Below are positions 18,681 to 29,692 of a stretch of 64,000 bases of DNA, in pieces. The position numbers and the translations under genes are program-made. The notes under the pieces were generated by a model. It was not told the DNA's origin. It searched no databases and saw only the letters and a list, made by a program, of their open reading frames with translations. The stretch spans positions 13,785 to 77,784 of the forward strand of contig JBGPFC010000019.1 in the NCBI GenBank assembly GCA_041483195.1. The letters are read 5' to 3'. The stretch comes from Candidatus Eiseniibacteriota bacterium (GTDB lineage Bacteria; Eisenbacteria; RBG-16-71-46). How positions within the stretch are numbered: position 1 is the first letter of the stretch; each line of letters starts with the position of its first letter.

Positions 18681-19115
18681 CTACATGGATCCCGTTGCAC
18701 GCGCGCGCCGGGCCAGCGCGGCCTCGAGCACTTCGCGCAGCTCGGCGTTCTCGACCGGTCCGATGATGGTGTACATGGGCCGGAGCCCGAGCATGAGCTT
18801 CTGCGTCACGAGCGATCCCTGCGAGGCGACCAGGATGAGCGGCACCGCCGGCGCGGCGCGCCGCAACAGCTCGAGCACGCCGAAGTCCTCGTCGTCGTGG
18901 GTGGTGAGCTCGAAGATCACGGCGTCCGGCGATTGCTGCACCGCCTCCTCGACCAGGGCGCGACCCTCCTGGCAGCGAACGGCCTCGAAGCCGATGGCGG
19001 CCAGCACCTGCGTGATCTCGCCGTCGCAGGAATCGCCGCGCTCGAACAGCAGGAGCCGCGGGGGGCGCTTCTTCGCGACATCGGGGCGGCCGGGCGCGGG
19101 ACGCGCCGCACCCAT
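18681..19115 (-). CDS. Stand-alone atypical (pseudo-)receiver domain protein
   Basis: CheY-like pattern (LLLFE, PDAVIFEL, PAVPLILVAS, IIGPVENAEL); ATG 19115 has a purine-rich RBS; start uncertain (19181 possible). Confidence 0.65.
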   Translation of the reverse strand: MGAARPAPGRPDVAKKRPPRLLLFERGDSCDGEITQVLAAIGFEAVRCQEGRALVEEAVQQSPDAVIFELTTHDDEDFGVLELLRRAAPAVPLILVASQGSLVTQKLMLGLRPMYTIIGPVENAELREVLEAALARRARATGSM

Positions 19116-19319
19116 CCCCTTCGGCCCCTTCACCGGCCCCCGTCCATCGGCCGTTTCCCTGCGCATCCCGTGATCGGTCATGTTCGAGTCGAGTGCTCGC
19201 GCCTCCGGAAGCGTGGCCGCCGCCCGGGCGCGATCCGGAGCGGCGATCGCGTCGTGCCGTCGTGTGCGGCGCCGGCCGCTCCCGCGTTCGTGGCGGGAGG
19301 CGGCTTGCCGGGAAGTCGT

Positions 19320-19335
19320 TGCAAGCCCCGAGCCG
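19320..19335 (-). promoter_or_regulatory. Putative sigma-54 promoter for the receiver/Rieske/cyt b copy 2 operon
   Basis: Minus strand CGGCTCGGGGCTTGCA, GG-N10-GC. Confidence 0.55.
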
Positions 19336-19432
19336 GGCATCGCGTTCCCCCCGGCGGAAACCCAAGCCGATGCGGGCCGGTGGATTGAGGGTGGGCGCCG
19401 CGCCCGCCTGCGTCCCTCACGCGGGCGCGCGA

Positions 19433-19467
19433 CTGTCAGGTTGACAGAGGAGCCTGAAGGAATGGCA
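19433..19467. promoter_or_regulatory. Putative enhancer (UAS) pair
   Basis: Perfect inverted repeat CTGTCA-GGT-TGACAG plus weaker TGAAG-GAA-TGGCA 21 bp away. Confidence 0.55.
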
Positions 19468-19512
19468 ACCGCCGCGGGCGGACCGGCACCTCGGGCGGAC
19501 CGGCGCCGCGGC

Positions 19513-20863
<1,351 letters not shown>

Positions 20864-20871
<8 letters not shown>

Positions 20872-22078
20872 CGTCGCCTCCGGGCCCCGATTCCGGCAGC
20901 CATAGGATGAAGCCCGCCCCTTCGCCGGGGCGGCTTTCGACCCGGATCCGGCCTCCGTGCCGGGTGATGATGCGCTGGCTGATGGAGAGCCCGAGCCCCG
21001 TGCCCTGGCCCACCGGCTTGGTCGTGAAGAACGGATCCCAGATGCGATCGAGGTGAGCGGGATCGATGCCGGGCCCGGTGTCCGTGATCTCGATCGTGAC
21101 GCCGCCCCCCTCGCGCCGCGTGCGCACCGTGAGCGTCCCGCCCTGCTGCATCGCCTGCACAGCGTTCATCATGAGGTTCATGCACACGCCGCGGATGCCG
21201 CTCGCTCGCGCCCAGATCTCGGGCAGGTCGGGATCGAGATCCTCCACGCGTTGCACGTTCAGCCTGCGCATCTCGTAGTCGAGCAGCGAGAACGTGTCCA
21301 GCACCGCGCGGTTCACGTCCATCTTGGTCGCGGCCGTCTGATACGGCTGCGCCAGCAGCATGAGCTTGCGCGTGGTCTCGCTGCAGCGGCGCGCCTCGGT
21401 CTCGATCAGCGCCAGCACTTCCGCGGCCTCGGTCACGCCGTCGGCGTCGAACTGGCCGCGCCCGAGCCAGCGCTCCAGGCTCTCGACGCCCGCCAGCATC
21501 GAGGCCAGCGGGTTGTTGATCTCATGGCCGACGCCCGCGGCCAGCAGGCCGAGCGAGGCGAGCCGCTCGCTGTGCGCGAGCTGGCTCTCGAGCAGGCTGC
21601 GCTCCGAGATGTCGCGCCACACCTCGACGATGTGAGTGATCTCGCCGCCCGCGCCCGCGACCGGATTGAAGCTCACCTCCCAGCGGCGCGGCCGGCCCTC
21701 GGCGTCGGGGCGGGTGCGGAGCAGGCGGCGGGCCTGGCGCGAGTCGATCGCCTCGCACGCCGCGCAGCGATGGCCTTCGCCGCCCGAAACTTGCTCGGGA
21801 CAATTGAGCGAGTCGTGACAGCTCGAACCCACCAGGCCCGCGCCGCTGATGCCGAAGGCTTCGATGTACCGGCGATTGGCGGCCACCACGCGCAGCCCGC
21901 GATCGAGCACCACGAGCGCATCGGAGATCGAATCGATCAGCTCGGGGAGGATCGGGCCGACCTGCTGAAGATCCACGCGGCGCGAGGAATCGGCAGAGAT
22001 CAGCGGGATGGCGCGGCCGGGCTTGGGTCTGGGGCGGGACGGCTCGCGTTCGCGCTCGGGCACGGAAGGCAGTGTCAT
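20864..22078 (-). CDS. Cytoplasmic PAS-domain sensor histidine kinase
   Basis: GVGHEINNPL H-box; NLMMNA; DTGPGI; FFTTKPVGQGTGLGL; Cys-rich PAS; no TM segment seen. Confidence 0.95.
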
Positions 22079-22093
22079 CGGAATTCTCCCGGC

Positions 22094-22118
22094 TGTCACT
22101 TTGGCAGCACTCGTGCCG
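22094..22118 (-). promoter_or_regulatory. Putative sigma-54 promoter of the kinase gene overlapped by an activator box
   Basis: Minus strand CGGCACGAGTGCTGCC (22103-22118); box TGTCA-CTT-TGGCA at 22094-22106. Confidence 0.45.
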
Positions 22119-22322
22119 AAAGGCAAGCGGGCGCGAGCCCGTCGCGTGCCTGCAACTTCGCGCGGGCCTTCGATTAAAATCCGATTGGGGCGTTCCAAAG
22201 CGGTCACGTCAGTTCGACTGCAACGCACGAAGCATGCCCCGATGAGGCCCCCACGCCTGGCGGGCCGGCGGGGCCGTCACCCTCGTGCGCGGGGCGCGGC
22301 GTCGCTCCCACGTACGCGCGCA

Positions 22323-22356
22323 TGTCAGATGCGCAGGGTTGACTGACTTCCTGGCA
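22323..22356. promoter_or_regulatory. Putative enhancer pair upstream of the nos operon
   Basis: TGTCA-GAT-GCGCA and TGACT-TCC-TGGCA, 21 bp apart. Confidence 0.45.
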
Positions 22357-22451
22357 TCGCGAGAATGGCTCGCGTCGGAAAAGCGAACCGCGTGCGGCAC
22401 CAAGTCCGCTGTCCCCAGCGATCTGCCACCGCGCGCCCCATTCCCCTCCGG

Positions 22452-22467
22452 CGGCATACGCGTTGCA
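22452..22467 (+). promoter_or_regulatory. Putative sigma-54 promoter of the nos operon
   Basis: CGGCATACGCGTTGCA, close to consensus TGGCAC-N5-TTGCA. Confidence 0.65.
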
Positions 22468-22566
22468 GAGACCCAGACGTCCCGGCGGCGTGGGCTCGCG
22501 CCGGGAACTCCATTCACGGCACGCCGCGCAACACTCTCGGCGCGATCTCCAGAAAGGATTGTCATC

Positions 22567-23049
22567 ATGAGGCACCATCTCGCGGGGGCCGCTTTCGCCC
22601 TGTCCATGCTGCTCGTCGTCGGCTGCGGCGGAAAGAAGGCGGCCGAGGACAGCGCCACGACCTCGTCGTCCTCCGCCACCTCCGCGACCACGATGCCGGC
22701 GGTCTCGCCGTTCGACTCGGGTCCGCGCGCAGCGGAGGCCCCGATCGACGAAGCCGCCGCCAAGATCGGCGAAGGGCTGTTCCAGACCAAGGGCTGCACC
22801 GCCTGCCACGGGTTCGGCAAGCGCGTCTCCTGCCCGGATCTCGCGGGCGTGACGTCGCGGCGCACCGCGCTGTGGATGAAGAACCAGATCCTCCACCCGG
22901 AGAAGATGACCAAGGAGGATCCGATCGCGCACCAGCTGTTCGCGCAGTTCTCGCTGCAGATGCCCAACCAGGGTCTCACCGAAGAGCAGGCCCTGGCGGT
23001 CATCGAGTTCCTGAAGCACAAGAATCACGAAGCGGGCGAAACCAAATGA
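22567..23049 (+). CDS. Monoheme cytochrome c lipoprotein, nos-associated
   Basis: Lipobox VVGC; CTACH; QMPNQGL; directly upstream of nosZ. Confidence 0.88.
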   Translation: MRHHLAGAAFALSMLLVVGCGGKKAAEDSATTSSSSATSATTMPAVSPFDSGPRAAEAPIDEAAAKIGEGLFQTKGCTACHGFGKRVSCPDLAGVTSRRTALWMKNQILHPEKMTKEDPIAHQLFAQFSLQMPNQGLTEEQALAVIEFLKHKNHEAGETK

Positions 23050-23066
23050 TCGAAGGAGGAGGGGCC

Positions 23067-24977
23067 ATGAAGCGCTGGATCGCCGTCGCGCTCGCAGGGG
23101 TCGTCGCGCTCGCGCTGGCAACGCAGCTCCCGGGCTGCACAGCTTCGCGTGGCGCCGGTGGCGGAAACGCCGCCGAGAAGGTGTACGTGAAACCGGGCGA
23201 GCACGACCCGTACTACGCGTTTCTCTCGGGCGGTCACTCCGGGCAGATCTTCGTGTACGGCATCCCCTCCTGCCGCCACATCACGACCATCCCGGTGTTC
23301 ACGCCGGAGCCGGCCGTGGGATACGGGGTCGACGAGGAATCGAAGGCGATGCTGAAGGGCATCACCTGGGGCGACGCGCATCACCCGGGGCTCTCCGAGA
23401 CCGACGGCGACTACGATGGGCGCTGGCTCTTCATCAACGACATGCCCAACGCCCGCATCGCGCGCATCGACCTGTCCGACTTCAAGACCCGCGAAATCTA
23501 CGGGCCGATCCCCAACGTGTCGGCGGCGCACGCCTGCCCGTTTCCCACGCCCAACACCGAGTACGTGTTCGCGGCGTCGCGCTTCTCGATCCCGATTCCG
23601 TACCCGACGGTGAGCAAGATCTCGGACTACGCGAAGAATTTCAAAGGGGTGATCGCGGGCGTGAAGGTGGACCCGAAGAGCGGGCACATGTCGCTGGGCT
23701 TCGAGGTGCTGATGCCGCCTTTCGATTGGGACCTCGCGGACGCCGGAAAGGGCCCGAGCGCCGGGTGGGAGTTCTTCACCTGCTACAACAGCGAGGAAGC
23801 CTACGACTCGCTCGAGATCAAGGCCTCGCAGGCCGAGATGGATTTCATCGCGATGGTGGACTGGCGAGCCGCTCAGAAGGCGGTGGACGAAGGCAAGGCG
23901 AAGACCATCGGCGGCGCGCCCGTGCTCGATCCGAAGGACGTCCCGGGCGTCGTGTACCTGTTCCCGGTTCCGAAGAGCCCGCACGGCGTCGACGTGGATC
24001 CGAGCGGGGAATACATCTGCGGCTCCGGCAAGCTGCAGGCGGAGGTCAGCGTCTACAGCTTCAAGAAGCTGATGGCCGCGATCGACGCGAAGAAGTTCGA
24101 CGGCGACCGGGAGGGCATCCCGGTGCTCAAGTACGAGGACGTGCTCGAGGCCAAGGTGCCGGTCGGTCTCGGCCCGCTCCACACTCAGTTCGACGGCAAG
24201 GGCTACGCCTACACGTCGCTGTTCCTCGATTCGCAGATCGCCAAGTGGAAGGTCGGCCCGCCGTGGAACGTGGCCGACAAGATCGACGTCTACTACTCGA
24301 TCGGCCACCTGATGGCGTCCGAGGGTGACACGCGCCATCCGACCGGCGACTACGTCGTGGCGCTCGACAAGCTCTCGAAGGACCGCTATCTGTCCGTCGG
24401 CCCCACGCATCCCGAGGCCGCGCAGCTGATCGACATCCGCGGCCCGAAGATGGAGCTGCTCTACGACTTTCCGACCTACCTCGAGCCGCACTACGCGCAG
24501 ATGATCAAGGCCGAGAAGATCAAGACCTTCACGGTCTACCCGCTCGAGAAGAACGAGAAGCCCTTCGCGATCAAGCGGGCCGAGGACGCGCGGATCGAGC
24601 GCAAGGGCAAGCGGGTGGACGTGATGATGGTGTCGGTGCGCTCGCACTTCACGCCAGACAACATCACGGTCGCGCAGGGCGACACCGTCTACTTCCACGT
24701 CACCAACGTCGAGCAGGACGACGACATCGCACACGGCTTCGGAATCCTGTTCTCGAGCAAGAACATGCAGATCGAGCCGGGCGAGACCAAGACCATGCGC
24801 TGGGTGGCGGAGAAGGCGGGGGTCACCCCGTTCTACTGCTCGAACTTCTGCAGCGCGCTGCACCAGGAGATGCAGGGCTACATCACCGCGATGCCCGCGG
24901 GCACGCCGGTGGCGTCGGTCCAGCGGCCCGACCCGGCGCGGGTGGCCGAGGTCGCGGCGTTGATGCGCCGCCAGTAG
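23067..24977 (+). CDS. nosZ: Sec-dependent (clade II) nitrous-oxide reductase
   Basis: RBS AGGAGGA; YVKPGEHDPYYAFLSGGHSGQ; CuZ His motifs DAHH, SPHG, GPLHT, IGH, EPH; CuA CSNFCSALHQEM; no twin-Arg. Confidence 0.97.
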   Translation: MKRWIAVALAGVVALALATQLPGCTASRGAGGGNAAEKVYVKPGEHDPYYAFLSGGHSGQIFVYGIPSCRHITTIPVFTPEPAVGYGVDEESKAMLKGITWGDAHHPGLSETDGDYDGRWLFINDMPNARIARIDLSDFKTREIYGPIPNVSAAHACPFPTPNTEYVFAASRFSIPIPYPTVSKISDYAKNFKGVIAGVKVDPKSGHMSLGFEVLMPPFDWDLADAGKGPSAGWEFFTCYNSEEAYDSLEIKASQAEMDFIAMVDWRAAQKAVDEGKAKTIGGAPVLDPKDVPGVVYLFPVPKSPHGVDVDPSGEYICGSGKLQAEVSVYSFKKLMAAIDAKKFDGDREGIPVLKYEDVLEAKVPVGLGPLHTQFDGKGYAYTSLFLDSQIAKWKVGPPWNVADKIDVYYSIGHLMASEGDTRHPTGDYVVALDKLSKDRYLSVGPTHPEAAQLIDIRGPKMELLYDFPTYLEPHYAQMIKAEKIKTFTVYPLEKNEKPFAIKRAEDARIERKGKRVDVMMVSVRSHFTPDNITVAQGDTVYFHVTNVEQDDDIAHGFGILFSSKNMQIEPGETKTMRWVAEKAGVTPFYCSNFCSALHQEMQGYITAMPAGTPVASVQRPDPARVAEVAALMRRQ

Positions 24978-24992
24978 TCCTCCGACTATACT

Positions 24993-25021
24993 GGCCGGCC
25001 GGGCGCTCCGCCCGGCCGGCC
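24993..25021 (+). terminator. Intercistronic hairpin after nosZ
   Basis: GGCCGGCCGGGCG-ctc-CGCCCGGCCGGCC, perfect 13-bp stem, no U-tract. Confidence 0.55.
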
Positions 25022-25043
25022 GTATCGTTCCAGGAGGAACCTC

Positions 25044-25676
25044 GTGCACTACCTCACGGATCCGTTCAGGCCCGGAGAACGGAGGCTGATCTGGCTCGCG
25101 GCCCTCGTGCTGCTCCCGGTCTTCTTCTTCCCGGTGTTGCCGATCTGGATCATGAAGCTGTGGGCCCCGCAATATCGCGAGGGGCTGACCCTCACCATCC
25201 TCGCGAACAACATCCGGGGCGACCTGCAGAGCATCAACACGCTCAATCACTACGTCGGCATGAAGCACATCAGCGCCGACGACTTCAAGGAATTCCACTA
25301 CCTGCCGCAGGCGCTCTCGCTGTTCGGCGTCCTCGCGGTGCTCGGCGCGTGGCTGAACCGCCGCTGGATCGCGATCCTCGGGTGGCTGGTCTTCACCGGC
25401 TTCGCGATCTACATGTTCAGCGACTACGCGCGCTGGCTCTACGACTACGGGCACAACCTCGACCCGCGCGCGCCCATCAAGCTCCCGCTCTTCACGCCTC
25501 CGCTCATCGGCCTCAAGCAGATGGCGAACTTCAAGGTGCTGAGCATCCCCGGCCCGGGCACGCTGCTGCTGGGGGTCGCGTGGCTGCTGGGGCCGCTCGC
25601 GATCCTGCTCGAGATCCGCGCGGGCGCTTCCGGGACCGCGCCGGCGGCGGCGCGGCGTGACGCGACGCGCGACTGA
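25044..25676 (+). CDS. nosB: NosB membrane protein
   Basis: APQYREGL, INTLNHYVGM, WLYDYGHNLDPRAPIK, PPLIG.KQMANF. Confidence 0.88.
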   Translation: MHYLTDPFRPGERRLIWLAALVLLPVFFFPVLPIWIMKLWAPQYREGLTLTILANNIRGDLQSINTLNHYVGMKHISADDFKEFHYLPQALSLFGVLAVLGAWLNRRWIAILGWLVFTGFAIYMFSDYARWLYDYGHNLDPRAPIKLPLFTPPLIGLKQMANFKVLSIPGPGTLLLGVAWLLGPLAILLEIRAGASGTAPAAARRDATRD

Positions 25677-27072
25677 GGTGCGGCCCCCGCGTCCGGCGGC
25701 GCTCACGCTGGTGGGAGTCGTTGCCCTCCTCGTTCAGGCCGGGGCGCTCGCGCCCGCGCTCGCCGCGGTGCGGGTGCCCGCGAGCGCGGGCGCGCTCGGA
25801 ACGGCGCTGCGCGCGGCGGCGGAAGGCGACACGCTGGTGCTCGCCGCCGGGATCCATCGCGGACCGGCCCGCATCGATCGCCGGATCGTGCTGCGCGGAG
25901 AGCCGGGCGCCGCGCTCGACGGCGGCGGCGAGGCCACCGTGCTCGAGATCGCGGCCCCGGGCACGGCGGTCGAAGACCTCGAGATCCGCGGCAGCGGACG
26001 GCGCGCGCTCACCATCGACAGCGCCATTCACGTGGTGCTCGCGGGGGGCGTCAAGCTGCGGCGCCTGCGGATTCACGACACCCTCTACGGCATCTACGCG
26101 GAGCGCGCGGGATCCCTTGACGTCGAGGACTGCGAGATGGAGGGCCGCGTGCCGCCGCTCGCCGAGGACGGCGAGGGCAACGGCATCCATCTCTGGTATT
26201 GCGTGGCGCCGGTGCTGCGGCGCAACCACGTCGAGCGCTTCGTCGACGGCATCTACCTCTCGTTCGTGACCGACGCCGCGATCGATGGCAACCGGCTCGT
26301 CAATGCCGGCCGGTACGGCCTCCACACGATGTACTGCCAGGGCAGCCGCCTCACGCGAAATCTCTTCGCCCGCAACGTCGCGGGCTGCGCCATCATGTTC
26401 TCGAACCATCTCCTGATCGAGCGCAACGACTTCTTCCACAATCGCGGCCCGCGGACGTACGGCGTGCTGCTCCGCGATTGCTCGGACGGGATCTTTCGCG
26501 ACAACCGCTTCGTGGAGAACACCGTGGCCGCGTTCATGGACGACTCGAACCGCAACCGGATCACCGGGAACCTGATCCAGGACAACGGGTGGGGGATCAT
26601 CATGTTCTCGTCGTGCGCGGGCAACGAGGTCGCCGGCAACAGCTTCATCAACGACGACTACCCGGTCGCGCTCGACATGCGGCGCACCAGCAACCGCTTC
26701 GACGACGGGCGGCGCGGCAATTACTGGAGCGACAACACGCCATACGACCTGAACGCCGACGGCGTGAGCGACGTCGAGTATTCGCCGGTGAGCAGCTTCG
26801 CGTTCCTGTCGAAACAGTTTCCCGATCTGGCCGTGCTCGCGAAGAGCCCGGCCGTGCTCGCGCTCGGCGTGGCCGAGCGGGTGATTCCCGCGCTGCGCCC
26901 GAGCGAGGTCGTCGACCACGCGCCGCTGCTCAGCCCGGTCGCGGCGCCCGGCGCCGGCACGGCACTCGATCGCGGCGGCCGCCCGCATCGCGCGGACGGC
27001 GCGCTCGCGGCCTTCGCGCTGCTCGCCGCGTTCGGCGCGGCGGGGCTCGCGCGCGGAACGCGCGGCGCATGA
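25657..27072 (+). CDS. nosD: NosD periplasmic maturation protein
   Basis: Beta-helix repeats, GNGIHLW, RYGLHTMY, GNYWSD. Confidence 0.93.
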   Translation: MTRRATEVRPPRPAALTLVGVVALLVQAGALAPALAAVRVPASAGALGTALRAAAEGDTLVLAAGIHRGPARIDRRIVLRGEPGAALDGGGEATVLEIAAPGTAVEDLEIRGSGRRALTIDSAIHVVLAGGVKLRRLRIHDTLYGIYAERAGSLDVEDCEMEGRVPPLAEDGEGNGIHLWYCVAPVLRRNHVERFVDGIYLSFVTDAAIDGNRLVNAGRYGLHTMYCQGSRLTRNLFARNVAGCAIMFSNHLLIERNDFFHNRGPRTYGVLLRDCSDGIFRDNRFVENTVAAFMDDSNRNRITGNLIQDNGWGIIMFSSCAGNEVAGNSFINDDYPVALDMRRTSNRFDDGRRGNYWSDNTPYDLNADGVSDVEYSPVSSFAFLSKQFPDLAVLAKSPAVLALGVAERVIPALRPSEVVDHAPLLSPVAAPGAGTALDRGGRPHRADGALAAFALLAAFGAAGLARGTRGA

Positions 27073-27980
27073 TCCGCGTCGAATCCCTCACCAAGCGCTA
27101 CGGAGCGATCACGGCCGTCGACGATCTCAGCTTCGAGGTCGAGCCGGGCGAGACCTTCGCGCTGATCGGCCCCAACGGCGCGGGCAAGACCACGACCCTC
27201 AAGATCCTGCTGGGGCTCGCGCGCCCCGACGCGGGCCGGGCCGCGATCGGGCCGGACGCGCTCGCGCCGACCGATCCGCGCGCGCGCGCCGAGCTGGGCT
27301 ACGTCCCGCAGCGCGTCGAGTTCCCGCCGGGACGAAGCGTCGCCGAGGTGCTGGGCTTCTTCGCGGAGCTGCGCGGACTCGCGGGCGATGCGGTGAAGCG
27401 TGCGCTCGAGCGGGTGGGCCTCGCGGAGCACGCAGCGCGGCGCGCGAGCGAGCTGTCGGGCGGATACACGCAGCGCCTCTCGCTCGCGCAGGCGCTGCTC
27501 GGCGATCCCGCGCTGCTGGTGCTCGACGAGCCCACCGCGAGCCTCGATCCCGAAGCCACGTGGGAATTCCGCTCGCTGCTCGAGCGGCTGCGGCGAGAGG
27601 GCAAGACGATCCTGCTCTGCTCGCACCTGCTCGCCGAGGTCGAGCGGGTCGCCGACCGCGTGCTGATCCTGGTCGCCGGCCGCCGCGCCGCGCTCGAGCG
27701 TCTCGCCGAGCTGCGCGCGCGCCAGGCGAGCGCCACGCGCCTCGTCATCGAGATCGCCTCGCCGCTTCAGCTCGCCGAGACCGCGCTGCGGCATCGCGCG
27801 ATCGGCTTCGAGGCGCGCGATCCGCGCACGCTGATCGTGGAGGGCGCGGGCGGCCGGGGCCTCGAGGCGCTCCAGGCGCTGCGCGAATCGGAGGTCGCGG
27901 TGCGCTCGTTCGAGGTCGAGCGCCCGACGCTCGAAGAGATCTTCCTCGCGGTCGTGAAGGGTGGGCGCCATGCGCGCTGA
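27069..27980 (+). CDS. nosF: NosF ABC ATPase
   Basis: ATGA overlap; GPNGAGKTT, LSGG, LVLDEPT. Confidence 0.9.
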   Translation: MIRVESLTKRYGAITAVDDLSFEVEPGETFALIGPNGAGKTTTLKILLGLARPDAGRAAIGPDALAPTDPRARAELGYVPQRVEFPPGRSVAEVLGFFAELRGLAGDAVKRALERVGLAEHAARRASELSGGYTQRLSLAQALLGDPALLVLDEPTASLDPEATWEFRSLLERLRREGKTILLCSHLLAEVERVADRVLILVAGRRAALERLAELRARQASATRLVIEIASPLQLAETALRHRAIGFEARDPRTLIVEGAGGRGLEALQALRESEVAVRSFEVERPTLEEIFLAVVKGGRHAR

Positions 27981-28443
27981 GGGCGCTGCCGCCCGGCGCA
28001 CGGCCATCGACCCGCGCGTGGCGGCCGGGACGGCGATCGCGATGGCGATCGCGGCCGCGCTCGGCGGCTGCGCGCGCTCGGGACCGCCCCGGATCCGCCT
28101 CGACACGCCGTGCGCGGCGTGCGGCATGAGCATCTCCGACCGCCGCTTCGCGTGCGAGCGCGTGGTGGCCGGGCGTGCGCGCGCCTACGACTCGATCGAG
28201 TGCCTGCTGCGCGAGGCGGCGGAAGGCGCGGGGCCCGGGGCCGGCGCGACGTGGCTCGCCGACTACGACCAGGCGGCGCTGCACGCCGCGGACTCGATGT
28301 GGGTGGTGTGCGGCGCGTTCCCATCGCCGATGGGCGGCGGCTACGCGGCGTTCCTCGATCGCGCCGCGGCAGACCACGTCGCCGCCCGGACGCGCGGCCG
28401 CGTCGGCCGGTTCGCGGACTCGAGCGCCGGAGCGCGCCCGTGA
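27970..28443 (+). CDS. nosL: NosL copper chaperone lipoprotein
   Basis: Lipobox LGGC; CAACGM, YDSIECL, SPMGGG. Confidence 0.88.
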   Translation: MRAEGAAARRTAIDPRVAAGTAIAMAIAAALGGCARSGPPRIRLDTPCAACGMSISDRRFACERVVAGRARAYDSIECLLREAAEGAGPGAGATWLADYDQAALHAADSMWVVCGAFPSPMGGGYAAFLDRAAADHVAARTRGRVGRFADSSAGARP

Positions 28444-28850
28444 AGCGCGCGTACCTGGCGCTGGTCGCGATCACGCTCGCGCTGGCGCTCGCGAGCAGGC
28501 TGCCGGCGCGCATGCCGCGCGGGGCCGCCGCGACGCGCGCGGCCGCGCCCGCCGCCCGGACCCTCGCGCTCGCGCTCGCGATCGAGCACGGCGCGGTCAC
28601 TCCGGAAGCCGCCAGCGTCCCGCGCGACGCGATCGTGCGGCTCTCGGTCTGGAATCGCGGCGCGAGGCCGCTGCGGTTCGCGCTCGCGGGCTACGACGAC
28701 CGCGTGAACGCGGCGATCGCGGCGGGCGAGACGCTGCGTGTCGAGTTCGTCGCCGATCGTCCGGGCGGGGATTTCGCGTGGCTGGTGGACGCGCAGCCGG
28801 CCGGCCGCTTCGCGGTCTCGGGCTCGCACCTGGTGGACGGCCACCGATGA
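28440..28850 (+). CDS. Exported cupredoxin-like protein lacking obvious Cu ligands
   Basis: GTGA/ATGA coupling on both sides; signal peptide; VTPE..V...IVRLSVWN...IAAGET..VEFVADRPG cupredoxin pattern. Confidence 0.6.
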   Translation: MKRAYLALVAITLALALASRLPARMPRGAAATRAAAPAARTLALALAIEHGAVTPEAASVPRDAIVRLSVWNRGARPLRFALAGYDDRVNAAIAAGETLRVEFVADRPGGDFAWLVDAQPAGRFAVSGSHLVDGHR

Positions 28851-29692
28851 GCGCGCCGCTCGCGACCAAGCTGCGCCGCATGCGCGTGGTCGCGCGCGAG
28901 GAATTCCGGCGCGCGCTCGAGACCCGCTGGCTGTTCGGCTTCACAGCGCTGTTCGCGCTGCTGGTGCTCGGGCTCTCGTACTTCGGCCTCGCGCAGAGCC
29001 GCGAGGTGGGGTTCCAGGGGTTCGCGCGCGTGACCCTGAGCCTCATGAACCTGGTGCTGCTGATCGTCCCGCTCACCGGGCTGCTGCTCGGCGTCACCAG
29101 CATCGCGGGGAGCGGCGAGTCGCTGCCGCTGCTGCTCGCCCAGCCGGTCACGCGCGGCGAGGTGCTGCTCGGAAAATTCCTGGGGCTGGGCGCCGCGCTC
29201 TCGGCGGCGCAGGCGCTCGGCTTCGGCGGCGGCGGCGTGGTGGTCGCGCTCAACGCGGGCGCCGGCCAGGTGCCGGGCTACCTCGCGCTCACCGCGCTCT
29301 CGCTGGGGCTGGGCTGGCTCACCCTCGCGGCCGCGCTCTGCATCGGCGCGCTGTGGCCCGATCGGCTGCGCGCGATGAGCGTCGCGCTGCTGCTGTGGCT
29401 GCTGATGGTGATCGCGTACGACCTCGCGGTGCTGGGCGCGACCACGATGCTGCGCGGGCTTCCGCTCGAGAGCGTGCTGTTCCCCGCGCTCCTGCTCAAC
29501 CCGGTGGACCTCGCGCGCGTGCTCACAACGCTCGCGGTGGGATCGGGGGCGCTGTTCGGTCCCACCTCGGCGGTGCTCGTGAAGTTCTTCGGCGCCTCGC
29601 TCGGCATCGCGCTCGGCGTGGCGGTGCTGGTGATCGAGACGCTGGTGCCGCTCGCGATCGCGGCGCGCGTCTTCCGTCGGCGGGACTGGTGA
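28847..29692 (+). CDS. nosY: NosY ABC permease
   Basis: LLLAQPVTRGEVLLGKFLG, LLNPVDLAR; about 6 TM. Confidence 0.9.
   Translation: MSAPLATKLRRMRVVAREEFRRALETRWLFGFTALFALLVLGLSYFGLAQSREVGFQGFARVTLSLMNLVLLIVPLTGLLLGVTSIAGSGESLPLLLAQPVTRGEVLLGKFLGLGAALSAAQALGFGGGGVVVALNAGAGQVPGYLALTALSLGLGWLTLAAALCIGALWPDRLRAMSVALLLWLLMVIAYDLAVLGATTMLRGLPLESVLFPALLLNPVDLARVLTTLAVGSGALFGPTSAVLVKFFGASLGIALGVAVLVIETLVPLAIAARVFRRRDW

Noticed and set aside
19475..19504. 13-bp direct repeat CGGGCGGACCGGC x2
   Set aside because: Only two GC-rich copies, not noticed elsewhere, no assignable function
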